The translations under genes were made by a program, and so were the position numbers. Below the pieces are notes generated by a model that saw only the letters and a program-made list of their open reading frames with translations, did not search any database and was not told where the DNA came from. A stretch of DNA of 64,000 nt from a virus: the IMG/VR virus record IMGVR_UViG_3300027887_000463, positions 9,371 to 73,370 of that record, one strand, 5' to 3'. Positions 1 to 9,440 of this stretch are shown here, in pieces; the first letter of the stretch is position 1; each line of letters begins with the position of its first letter.

Positions 1-293
1 GTAGTCCGGATTCGATAAGGGATAGACTACTTGTTTCGGCCAAAAGTTATAAGAACACTATAGAGTATCTACGATTCTTTATTGGAATCAAGGCAGCATT
101 ACTGGATAGAACTGACGCAAACAGTGTTAATGATTTTAATGATACTCTACGAAAACTAACAGAGTTAGAATCTCCTGGAGCGAAGAAAACCAAGATGAAG
201 ACTCCAGATGATGTTAGAAACATCATGAAAGATTTTGACCAGAGCTTTAAAAAAATAAAAGACAAGCTAAAAAACTTTAAGAGAGCTGACTGA
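1..293 (+). CDS. 3' end of upstream CDS (partial, ~97 codons open to window edge); stop TGA overlaps next ATG (TGATG)
   Basis: Frame starting at base 3 is stop-free until TGA 291-293; K/D/E-rich tail; 1-nt stop/start overlap with the next gene suggests translational coupling. Confidence 0.5.
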   Translation, partial: SPDSIRDRLLVSAKSYKNTIEYLRFFIGIKAALLDRTDANSVNDFNDTLRKLTELESPGAKKTKMKTPDDVRNIMKDFDQSFKKIKDKLKNFKRAD

Positions 294-3200
294 TGCCCGA
301 CGAGACCATAAATTATAAAGTTAATGTCGATACGAGTTCCTTAGCTGATCAACTACAACAAATAAAGAATCAGGTTGATCAGGCTATGGCGACATACACC
401 TTTTCAGCTACACTCCCCGACCCCACTCCAAGAGCTTATGCTTTTCCTTCTCAAGGTTTCACTGCCCAGATTGCTGGTATTGGGGCTGAAGCTGGAGGGC
501 TGGCATTAGATACTGGGCAAAACGTTGCTGGTGGAATGACGGGCGCGATGCAGCAAGCTCGAAGTTTCATAGATACAGCCCGCCTAGGATTTCAAAAGTT
601 CACCAACGATGTTCAGAACGTTATGTTAACAACGTCTGCTGGACTCGACTCAGTTATGCCTCGTCCGCAATTCTCTCCAGGAACAGAATATCGTCCAAAC
701 TTTTCACAAATGGGGCCCTTCCGATCAGGCTTTGAATCTCTGACTGGCTGGGGTTATAACCCAAACATGTCCATGACGCCAGGTCGTTATAGAGAATATG
801 CTCTGAACAATATGTCCGATCAGGTTGTAGAGCTTGGTAAGGGTGCTCTAGAAATGGGAGCTATGGCTACAGGTGTAGGCGGAGCAGTCGCCGGGGCTTT
901 AGGAGCAACGGGTTTGGCAGCAGCCGGATTAACGCTAGCCGTTCCAGCAGCAGCCGCTTATTTAGGGTCGGAGGCTTTTCTCGCTACTGGCGGTTATGAT
1001 GTTCGCCCAGCTTTACAGGCACGGGCTTTTGTACGAGATGCTTCATGGAGATTTCTATCCGGACGTTTCAATGATCAAGCAGCAAGTGAAATAGGAATGC
1101 AGGTAGCAACTGCAGCCCGTTCTGAGAATCTTGTCGGAATGCGAATGACTCAGGGCGAGGCGATGGGAATAGTACAACAAGCAATTGATACTGGTGGATT
1201 TGATACAGTGCGCACTGCCGATGAATTTAAACAACGGGCAAAGACGTATATCGAAAGTACTAAGTATGTTATGCAACAGCTGGGTACTACGATGAATGAA
1301 GCCGTTGGGTTTATGAAGGATTGGATGAATCAGGGGCTGGTTACCGACACCCAATCAGCGCGTACATTTAGTACTGGACAAGCAGCGATGGCATATCGTG
1401 CTGGATATACACCAAACGAACTTCATGCTTTTGGAATGCAATCGGCTGAGATGGTACGTGGCACTGGTATTATGATGGGAGCTGGATATTTATCTGGGCA
1501 AATGGCACTCTCCGGAGTTAAAGCCGGAATGACAGCAGGCGCCTTTACTCCCGAGATGATTAATCAAATGGGTGGGGCAGAAAATGCGGCAGCCACTATT
1601 AACAGAATGGGTTTTGCTTTTGGAATGAGTACTCCCGGATTAACATACTTTGCTGCACGAGATCTTATGGGCGAGGGCGCAGGAGCAATGGATCCCCGCT
1701 CAGCAATTGGTGCTGCAACAACTAGAATTCGTACACTTCAAGATTATATGAATTTCCGAGGTGGACAAGCTCGAATGTCTTCTCAAGTTGGTTCTGAAGT
1801 TCTCTTTGGAACACAGGTCGGTCAATATATGAATATGTTTAAAATGACCGGGCAGGAATTGAATGAAGATTCCTGGAGAACCTTTATGGAAGCTCAGGGA
1901 GTTGGTGGGTCGGAAGCTGATCTAATGTTCGGAAGAATCAGAGAGGCGCAACTTAATGTAGGTGCAACACGAATGCGGGATGCAATGGGAGAAGCTACAC
2001 GTCGAGCCAATCAGGGACGTCCAGATGTATTTAGTGTTGCTTTGGATAAGGTAGATCAGGTAGCGGCTGAAGTATTTCGTACCCGAGAAATTGGTCAGGC
2101 AGCCACAGATGCAGCAAACTGGATTTCGCGTACAGGAAGGGATATCTCTCGTGGCTGGCAGGCATTAACAGTTGTTGGTTATCAGGCACCTACGGAACTA
2201 GGGGAAGTAACAACTGCCCCAGCAGCAATCAGGGCTGTTATGGCCCAACGGGCAGGAGAGTTTGGTGTACGCCCCGGAATGACTCCAGAACAAATATTAG
2301 CCCTGCCACTAACTACTGGAACCACCCCAATGACACAGCAGATGGGAGCGGTAGCTGCTGGGATAAACCAAACGTTTCAGTCAGAGGAGACCGGTAAGTT
2401 CTTAGATACGAGAAGACAAGTAAATGCTGCAATCGAAGCTATGCAGGGTTCAAAATTAGCAACCGATCTTCGCACTTCTACAGCAGTTTTAGAGGGTAAA
2501 GATTTCAATGTAAATATGCAGACAGCGATACGTGAATGGGAAACATTACCCGAAGAACAAAAAAGAGTTATAGGAAATGTAGATAGATTTACTATCCTAC
2601 GAACTGGTTTAGATAAAACATCTGTACAAAGTGGTGCACGAGATATTATAAAAGGATGGGCAAGTTTTAGACCTGGTGTTGGAACTCAATCACGTTGGGA
2701 AGATATTCAAAAACGTGGAACGGCTTTGGAAGCTGCCATATCTAAAGACTATCAATATATAAAATCGAGTGCAGAGTCACACGATATGTGGGGTAATAAA
2801 ACCACTACCTATGAGTATGGCAATAGTCTTAAAGAGGGGTTAGAATTAGTAGAAGGAGTAGCTCCAGATCAATCCAGATTAATAGCGGGAGTTTCTGAGT
2901 ATAATAAATATATGCAACTGCCCGGTGGTAAAGAGGCTCTTCTTGGTTTATATGCAGATCGATATAAAGCAAAATTAGGTATAACATATCAAGAGGCACA
3001 ACAAAAGGCTGAGGCATTTATACCAGAATTAGCAAAAACAGCGGGACGAGCAGACGTTCAAACATTTATGGGTGAAGCATTGGTTTCTAAGATGCTTGGA
3101 GTACAAGACCCGGGTATGCGAGAGCAGCTTGGAAAGACATTGGGTATAAGCGGCCCTCTCACAGAAGGTAATATTATTGGAGCATTTTTTGCAGCCGAAG

Positions 3201-3505
3201 CAAAAGGTAAGTTACCAGCGCTATTGAAAGAAGTGGAAGCCCAAGTTCCATTATCAGGAGAAGTAGCAACCAAGTCTGTAACAACAAAACAACAATGGGA
3301 TATGATGGCTGCGGCAAAACAAGTAGATGTAGATTTGAAATCTGTTGCCAGAAGCATGAATATAGATCTAACAAGTTCTACACCACAAGATGTACAAAAT
3401 CAGGTAAGCAATAAACTTCTTATAACAGAATTACGAAAGCTTACAAATGTTATGGGTAATAGGAGTGGTCCGGCGCTTCCAGTATATATAACGGGCGGTC
3501 GATAA
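293..3505 (+). CDS. Large virion structural protein (1070 aa), possible tail tape measure / internal tail protein
   Basis: Long Ala/Gly/Met/Gln-rich ORF lacking enzymatic motifs, located at head of a baseplate/tail-fibre module; assignment by context only. Confidence 0.35.
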   Translation: MPDETINYKVNVDTSSLADQLQQIKNQVDQAMATYTFSATLPDPTPRAYAFPSQGFTAQIAGIGAEAGGLALDTGQNVAGGMTGAMQQARSFIDTARLGFQKFTNDVQNVMLTTSAGLDSVMPRPQFSPGTEYRPNFSQMGPFRSGFESLTGWGYNPNMSMTPGRYREYALNNMSDQVVELGKGALEMGAMATGVGGAVAGALGATGLAAAGLTLAVPAAAAYLGSEAFLATGGYDVRPALQARAFVRDASWRFLSGRFNDQAASEIGMQVATAARSENLVGMRMTQGEAMGIVQQAIDTGGFDTVRTADEFKQRAKTYIESTKYVMQQLGTTMNEAVGFMKDWMNQGLVTDTQSARTFSTGQAAMAYRAGYTPNELHAFGMQSAEMVRGTGIMMGAGYLSGQMALSGVKAGMTAGAFTPEMINQMGGAENAAATINRMGFAFGMSTPGLTYFAARDLMGEGAGAMDPRSAIGAATTRIRTLQDYMNFRGGQARMSSQVGSEVLFGTQVGQYMNMFKMTGQELNEDSWRTFMEAQGVGGSEADLMFGRIREAQLNVGATRMRDAMGEATRRANQGRPDVFSVALDKVDQVAAEVFRTREIGQAATDAANWISRTGRDISRGWQALTVVGYQAPTELGEVTTAPAAIRAVMAQRAGEFGVRPGMTPEQILALPLTTGTTPMTQQMGAVAAGINQTFQSEETGKFLDTRRQVNAAIEAMQGSKLATDLRTSTAVLEGKDFNVNMQTAIREWETLPEEQKRVIGNVDRFTILRTGLDKTSVQSGARDIIKGWASFRPGVGTQSRWEDIQKRGTALEAAISKDYQYIKSSAESHDMWGNKTTTYEYGNSLKEGLELVEGVAPDQSRLIAGVSEYNKYMQLPGGKEALLGLYADRYKAKLGITYQEAQQKAEAFIPELAKTAGRADVQTFMGEALVSKMLGVQDPGMREQLGKTLGISGPLTEGNIIGAFFAAEAKGKLPALLKEVEAQVPLSGEVATKSVTTKQQWDMMAAAKQVDVDLKSVARSMNIDLTSSTPQDVQNQVSNKLLITELRKLTNVMGNRSGPALPVYITGGR

Positions 3506-5454
3506 TGAGAACAAAAAATATAGTATGTAAAGTTTATTTAGAAGGCGTTAATGTCTCTTTCAATTCTATTCAAATTGCGGAGCAGGTAGGAGCACCTCCA
3601 AGAGCGGTTGTGAGTTTTCCCGCAGATAGTGCGGCCTTAACTCTTCTTCCTAAAACCGTTATTCATATATACTATGAAGATGATATTGGTATTGACCGGT
3701 TAATTTTTATGGGTGAGTTAGCGGGTAGCGGCATTTCATTTACTCCAGATAAACGAGCTATCAATTTAACTTTTACAGCCTTCTCTCAGAACTGGTATAC
3801 CAATGTTATCCTTCCTATGGACTTGAAGGTTCGGACTATGGCATCTAATGCTCTATATGTTCAAGTAAACCAGGCAGGGGATAAGGCTGAAGCCTCTACT
3901 CTAAAATTTACCGACTTAAAGGGTCTCGGATTTTTAGATGAAATACTATCGAAATTAGAGAATGGTGGAGACACATTGCCCACTATCATACAAAAACTAG
4001 TTAATACATTTGGTGAGGGTTTTGAGGGAGTCTACTGGCAAGCTGTGGCAAAAGCTTTTGGATTTAATAGTATGGTTGCGATTGACGGTGTAGGTAAGCC
4101 GGCTACATGGCCGATTCGAAAGATACAAGAACTGCTAATTACTGTAGCCGTTATGCAACATATCAAGGGATTAGCCCAGGGCGTTTCTGCGGGTACAGAT
4201 ATACATACATTATTTTCAACAATACTGGAATCTTGTGGCTTTTGTTATTCAGAAGTTGCGGCACCCACAGATTTAGGAAATACCCGTGCGCATATTCTAG
4301 TAAAACCAAAGACTCATTTCTTCCCGCCTATTAGACATAATGTTGTTATAGATGATGAGATAGTACAGTTGAGTTTTACTAGAGACTTTGATAGAGAGCC
4401 TACACGTTTAGTAGGACAAACAGTTCCATTCTTTCTACCCACCAACGATATAAATACAACTATTGTGAGTGTGGTAGTTCCCAATAATGTTAGATTGGCT
4501 CAAGCATTGGAGGGAGATAAACCACTTAATTCTACAGAAGTTTCGAACGATCAATTTAAAAATCTAAAAATGTTTGGCCTCTCAAGAGAAGAACAATGTC
4601 GTGGTGTTGTTTTAAGCGAACATCAAGATACTTCTTTTATTGAAAATTCTTACTTAATAGCTCTGATGAAAGATGCGGGGGAGAACAGTGATTATGATTC
4701 TCTCAGCGATGAGAAACGAAAAGAAGTCAACGGTAAATTTGGAGATTATGTTACCGGTGGCGGACAGATGAATGAGTCCGAGACTTACCACATGAATATC
4801 GCCACAACAATGTATTATGATAAACGACATCAGGCAAGAACCATACAAGTGAATTCGCCTTATAGTCCATATAGAATGGTAGATTTTCCTGGAGTTATTA
4901 TAAGTAAATACTTCCCCTCTAATGTTCCCGGTATAGTGGGTAATCTTGATTCCGTGTCCTCGGTTATTTCAGCTGATGGAGAGGCTTCGCAGACTCTAGT
5001 TTATTCTCATTGTAGATTTGTCGATGCCAATGTTTCGGGCACATCTGATTTCTATGGTTTCCTAGATGATGATATGGGTAATCCCGTTCCGTGGTATGCT
5101 GAATATGTTACCCAGGGAAACATTAACTCCTTCTATGAACAATTCACTGGACAAAAGAATTCGGCTGTTATTGCACAAGGGGGAAAGGCTGCGACAGCTG
5201 TTTATAGAGCAGTTCAAGATATAAAGGCTGAAGTTAATAAACCAGAGAACCAAAGAAATCGTGCAGAGTTTATACGAAGAAAAACTAGTCGTCCTTTAGT
5301 CACAAGACCTATGATTCAAAAATTATTTCCTAACACAAGTGTAAGAAAACTAGCTTCCGAAAAGAATAGCCCGGTCACAAGTATAACGCCGGCTCCTTAT
5401 CTAGAAGAACGTAGGAAAAGAGTATATGCTGTATTTAAAGTTAAACAGGGATAA
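3505..5454 (+). CDS. Hypothetical structural-module protein (649 aa)
   Basis: Uninterrupted ORF; ATGA overlap with previous gene; no recognisable motif. Confidence 0.5.
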   Translation: MRTKNIVCKVYLEGVNVSFNSIQIAEQVGAPPRAVVSFPADSAALTLLPKTVIHIYYEDDIGIDRLIFMGELAGSGISFTPDKRAINLTFTAFSQNWYTNVILPMDLKVRTMASNALYVQVNQAGDKAEASTLKFTDLKGLGFLDEILSKLENGGDTLPTIIQKLVNTFGEGFEGVYWQAVAKAFGFNSMVAIDGVGKPATWPIRKIQELLITVAVMQHIKGLAQGVSAGTDIHTLFSTILESCGFCYSEVAAPTDLGNTRAHILVKPKTHFFPPIRHNVVIDDEIVQLSFTRDFDREPTRLVGQTVPFFLPTNDINTTIVSVVVPNNVRLAQALEGDKPLNSTEVSNDQFKNLKMFGLSREEQCRGVVLSEHQDTSFIENSYLIALMKDAGENSDYDSLSDEKRKEVNGKFGDYVTGGGQMNESETYHMNIATTMYYDKRHQARTIQVNSPYSPYRMVDFPGVIISKYFPSNVPGIVGNLDSVSSVISADGEASQTLVYSHCRFVDANVSGTSDFYGFLDDDMGNPVPWYAEYVTQGNINSFYEQFTGQKNSAVIAQGGKAATAVYRAVQDIKAEVNKPENQRNRAEFIRRKTSRPLVTRPMIQKLFPNTSVRKLASEKNSPVTSITPAPYLEERRKRVYAVFKVKQG

Positions 5455-5457
5455 GAA

Positions 5458-6432
5458 ATGCCAAACACATCGATTAATGTATCAACCAACCCAATAGCTA
5501 CGGCATACTCGCCAGCATTGGCTGCTAAAGATTTACATAGGGTAGTAAATAATTCCGCCTTGATGGGATCCTATATACCAGACAATCTAGCTTTAGCAAA
5601 GCAGTATTTCCCCACAGTAGATTCGTTAGGGCTTGGAACTCTCTTGAACTTAGATAAGGGAACCATCTTTCCATTCAAAGATAACTCTCTGGCTATCACC
5701 GATATTGAGGTTCCAACTACTATCCTTGTGCTATCCAAAGGTTCTGGACAAATACAGCTACAAACAAATCGATTTATTCTTCAATCCATTTCTAAACCTA
5801 GCCAGGAAAGATTCCAGATCATAGAAACCTTTGGAGATCCGGCAGTGTATTTCTATGGGGATAGGACTAAGGTATATACCCTGCAGGGTTTACTGGTGGA
5901 TGCTGAAGATCCGATGCAAATAGATAACACCGGGACGGGTACTCCTGAACAACAAAGGGCAAAGGGAAAGTATTACTGGGCAACAGCCTTTCAAGATCTG
6001 TATGAGAATCATTTACGCGGCACAATTCTAACACAACGAGGCCAAATTGCCGCCATCTATGTAAACAATTGGTTTATAAAGGGGTATCCCGTTCAGTTAG
6101 TTATTAACAAAGAGTCGGCAAATACTCCCCAATTAGCCTCATTCCAAATGACTTGGGTTATAGAAAAAGAAACTCTTCTGTCAGCTACAAACGCTGAATG
6201 GTTATATCGAAATAATACCCTTAAAGGTGAGGCTGCCCAGGCACTGAATGGTTACTTAGATGCTCTTGTAAAGTATGATGGGGCTTATTCAGCGTGGCAA
6301 AAAGAAAGTAAAGGAGTTCCAGATGTTACTCCGCTTAGCCAGGAAAAAGATCGAGCCGCCGCAGCAGTTAAGGATGCTCTGAAAACTCTAGAAGCTGCAA
6401 TAGTAAAGGAAGCTTTGATAAATAAAAAGTAA
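5458..6432 (+). CDS. Hypothetical structural-module protein (324 aa)
   Basis: ORF tightly packed in the structural operon. Confidence 0.5.
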   Translation: MPNTSINVSTNPIATAYSPALAAKDLHRVVNNSALMGSYIPDNLALAKQYFPTVDSLGLGTLLNLDKGTIFPFKDNSLAITDIEVPTTILVLSKGSGQIQLQTNRFILQSISKPSQERFQIIETFGDPAVYFYGDRTKVYTLQGLLVDAEDPMQIDNTGTGTPEQQRAKGKYYWATAFQDLYENHLRGTILTQRGQIAAIYVNNWFIKGYPVQLVINKESANTPQLASFQMTWVIEKETLLSATNAEWLYRNNTLKGEAAQALNGYLDALVKYDGAYSAWQKESKGVPDVTPLSQEKDRAAAAVKDALKTLEAAIVKEALINKK

Positions 6433-6434
6433 TG

Positions 6435-6463
6435 TTGATTTTCGTGTATAATCTACGTATAAT
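6435..6463 (+). promoter_or_regulatory. Sigma-70-type promoter TTGATT-N17-TATAAT; -10 ends 5 nt before the ATG of the sigma-factor gene (leaderless transcript predicted)
   Basis: TTGATT 6435-6440, 17-nt spacer, TATAAT 6458-6463; ATG at 6469 with no Shine-Dalgarno; a second TATAAT at 6447-6452. Confidence 0.55.
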
Positions 6464-6468
6464 AGACT

Positions 6469-7182
6469 ATGACTGACAAACAAGAAGAACTGAATCTGTG
6501 GAAGAAGTGGAGAAAAACGGGGGATCCTAGCTATATGAATTCCCTAATCAACTCATTAAACCCCTATCTACAGTCCCATGTAAATAAGTTTTCGGCGGTA
6601 CCAATCCCACGTACCGCTTTAGAGAGTCAAGCAAAGCTATTGGCCTTGAAAGCCCTACAGACATATGATCCAAAGAAGGGTACTCAAATCAATACGCATC
6701 TTGGACATGAACTAAAGCACTTAAATAGATACGTGATTGAGTATCAGAATGTCGGTAAGATACCAGAGAATCGTGGCATAGCTATATCTAAATTTCAAAA
6801 CATTAAGTCAAATTTGACGGAAGATCTCAGTCGAGAACCTACCGTTATAGAACTGGCAGATGCCTTGCAATGGTCCCCTGCCGAAGTCGAGCGGATGCAA
6901 AATGAACTAAGAAGTGATATACTTATCACTCAAGGAAAAGAAGAAGCCTTTTTTGATACCACATACAATCCTTCCGATCGAGACAGGGATATAGTTGAGT
7001 TTGTCTATTATCAGTCCTCCCCTGAAGAAAAGAAAGTCCTAGAATATACATTTGGGATGGGAGGAAATCCCAAATTATCGACTGGAGAAATCGCTATGCG
7101 ATTAAATAAAACTCCAGCCGAAATAGGTAGCATGCGTAAAAGATTAGCGTTAACAATAAAAGACGCGGCAAGTAATTACTAA
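6469..7182 (+). CDS. Phage-encoded sigma-70-family (ECF/sigma-28-like) RNA polymerase sigma factor
   Basis: Region-2-like segment (SQAKLLALKALQTYDPKKGTQINTHL) and C-terminal region-4.2-like HTH (LSTGEIAMRLNKTPAEIGSMRKRLALTIKD); 237 aa. Confidence 0.6.
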   Translation: MTDKQEELNLWKKWRKTGDPSYMNSLINSLNPYLQSHVNKFSAVPIPRTALESQAKLLALKALQTYDPKKGTQINTHLGHELKHLNRYVIEYQNVGKIPENRGIAISKFQNIKSNLTEDLSREPTVIELADALQWSPAEVERMQNELRSDILITQGKEEAFFDTTYNPSDRDRDIVEFVYYQSSPEEKKVLEYTFGMGGNPKLSTGEIAMRLNKTPAEIGSMRKRLALTIKDAASNY

Positions 7183-8993
7183 TGGATCCCTGTAGCATAA
7201 CAAAGAAAGCCCTCGATGCCAAAGCAGCATTGGGCATGGATTTAAGTAACCTTCAACAAAAATTTGATTTGTTAGCAAAGCAGGCTAATAAGCAAATGGA
7301 TTTGTTAGGGATACCTATTCTTAACCAACTCATGAGTAATTTCTCCCAGGTCGTAAACTCAACTCTGGCAGGAGTAGTGGGTCAAATGACAAAGCAGTTG
7401 GCTATGTCCATTAATGAGGGGCTCGATCTAGTGGCCGGCGTGCTTGCTACATTAACAATGATAGCTTCTGCAGGTACGCAAGTACAATTGCTGTTTATAT
7501 CGCAATTACGAAGAGAGCTTACGGTACGTATAATGATGTACAGATTGATGCTATATCATTATAGAAATATTCTTAGGGTATTGAAACTCTTACAGGCGCC
7601 ACGTTCTATATCATATAAAAAACTTTTAGCCGCCCTATCATATGTAAGAAAAGCTGAGGCGTTGTTTGAAAAAGCCGTAATTGCAGAGGCTACAAAGGAA
7701 GGGCTTCCGGCAAGATATAGTTATAAATCTATAAAAGGAGCGTTTCAGAATATAGATTCTGCAACTAAATTATTAACAGCTGATGCTAGTGTTGGTGGTA
7801 AAGAATTGGGATATACCCTTTCTGTTGCAATAACTGGAAGAAAGATTCCAAAGAAACGTTGGGAATATCTAGGACAAACTTTAGCAAAAGACTTATTATT
7901 CAAATCTATTGCCCAATCGTTGTCTTATATTGAATATTTGACGTGGAATTATATGCGAATAGCATCCTTAATCCCTATTCCCTTTGAAGCGGTAGATGCA
8001 ATATTTCAACCAAACAACTATACCCAACAATTTTTAACAGCAAACAATACCACCGCTCCTGGAGTTCAAACATTTAACCAGACAGATGAGGATGCTGCGT
8101 TAGAACGTTTTAGAAATGCTCTTATAAAAGAAGAAAATGAAACACTAGTAAAGACGGCTTCGGATGTTGTAGCATCCTTAGATTTATTGAAGGGGATAAT
8201 ACCGACTAATATAATTATCAATAGCTTAGTAGACACCATCATTAACTATCCAACATTTAATTCAGAATTAAAGGTGGCAACGGCAACACTCATTACATCT
8301 ATATTACCGCTTAAAGAGATAACAACAAATGTTCGTACAGGTATGGAGGATTCGTTAGCGAAGCAGGACAGCGAATTAGTATTAGCTGCCAAAGAAGGTA
8401 TCTGGACCACACAATTAAATTCAATTTTAATTCTTAAGGATGGTATTCTTCCTGCCTTAGAGGGGCAAGCCCGATTAGATCAGGATGCCTATAATTTAGA
8501 AACCTTTGTTAAATATCTAGAAGCAAACCAAGGAATATTTGTAATTGCGGATGCCGTACCAAAATTTATTGCTCAGAGCTTAGAAATTTTACGGGCACCG
8601 TTCAGTTCACGTAGTTTAGAAGAATCAGTTGTTCTGGTAACTTTTATCAACAGACAGTTGGAAAAAGCTGTGCAGGTGGATAGGGCGGTATTAGCAAAAA
8701 TGACTGGAATATCCGAGCCATTATCTCAGTTTACAGAACTCTTAAAAATGGCGTCGGAATTACCACCGCCGATGTCGACTGTAGCAAATGCTTTGAGAAC
8801 TGGACAGGCTCAGCAGGTATTAGGATTTATTACGGCACTTTCTCTTGGAACAATTGATACAATAAAAGATCTCTTCAACCCCAATTGCCCAGAGGTAAAA
8901 GTTAAAGAAGAAAAAGAGTTGTCGCTGTTTGACCAAAAACAAAAAGAAATTGATTCCTTTAATGGAATACCGGTAAGTAACTTATTTGGATAA
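7182..8993 (+). CDS. Hypothetical baseplate/tail protein (603 aa)
   Basis: ORF; ATGG overlap with sigma gene stop; immediately upstream of gp25-like gene. Confidence 0.45.
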   Translation: MDPCSITKKALDAKAALGMDLSNLQQKFDLLAKQANKQMDLLGIPILNQLMSNFSQVVNSTLAGVVGQMTKQLAMSINEGLDLVAGVLATLTMIASAGTQVQLLFISQLRRELTVRIMMYRLMLYHYRNILRVLKLLQAPRSISYKKLLAALSYVRKAEALFEKAVIAEATKEGLPARYSYKSIKGAFQNIDSATKLLTADASVGGKELGYTLSVAITGRKIPKKRWEYLGQTLAKDLLFKSIAQSLSYIEYLTWNYMRIASLIPIPFEAVDAIFQPNNYTQQFLTANNTTAPGVQTFNQTDEDAALERFRNALIKEENETLVKTASDVVASLDLLKGIIPTNIIINSLVDTIINYPTFNSELKVATATLITSILPLKEITTNVRTGMEDSLAKQDSELVLAAKEGIWTTQLNSILILKDGILPALEGQARLDQDAYNLETFVKYLEANQGIFVIADAVPKFIAQSLEILRAPFSSRSLEESVVLVTFINRQLEKAVQVDRAVLAKMTGISEPLSQFTELLKMASELPPPMSTVANALRTGQAQQVLGFITALSLGTIDTIKDLFNPNCPEVKVKEEKELSLFDQKQKEIDSFNGIPVSNLFG

Positions 8994-9437
8994 ATGACTA
9001 TGAGATCATTACAAGTATATCAGCCTAGCTCAGAGACAGGCTTATTGGAGATGAAGTTTCCTTCATCAATCCCTTCTGAAGTCAGTGGGGTTCAAACTCT
9101 GTTACAGAACATTGCCTTATTCCTAAAGACCACCCCTGGATCTGATTCTTTTGATCCTGAACGTGGTACTATATTGGGCGATCAGGCTGCGATGGCTAAA
9201 TCGTTTACCAATATGGATCAGGTTCGGGTATCGGTATCCGATGCAGTTGACCGTACACAATTATACATACTTACACAGCAACAAAAGCAGCGGGAAGCTG
9301 GACAATATATAGGCCCGGATGCCACACTTACAAAGCTGGAAGTCAACAATATTTATCAAGGAGACGATCCTACTTCCATTTTTGTGGAAATTTTAGTATA
9401 TACAGAGGGTAACAAACAATACTTCCTAACGGTATAA
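8994..9437 (+). CDS. Baseplate wedge protein, gp25/GPW-like
   Basis: 147 aa; pattern LQNIALFLKTTPGSDSFDPERGTIL resembles the GPW_gp25 core [IL]xQxIxxxLxTxxGERxxxPxFG. Confidence 0.5.
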   Translation: MTMRSLQVYQPSSETGLLEMKFPSSIPSEVSGVQTLLQNIALFLKTTPGSDSFDPERGTILGDQAAMAKSFTNMDQVRVSVSDAVDRTQLYILTQQQKQREAGQYIGPDATLTKLEVNNIYQGDDPTSIFVEILVYTEGNKQYFLTV

Positions 9438-9440
9438 AAC

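Noticed and set aside
1055-1354. Numerous 60-120 aa antisense ORFs inside large genes (for example 1055..1354 -, 19801..20067 -, 21922..22197 -, 49349..49678 -)
   Set aside because: Embedded antisense in well-supported long CDSs, with no RBS and low-complexity translations
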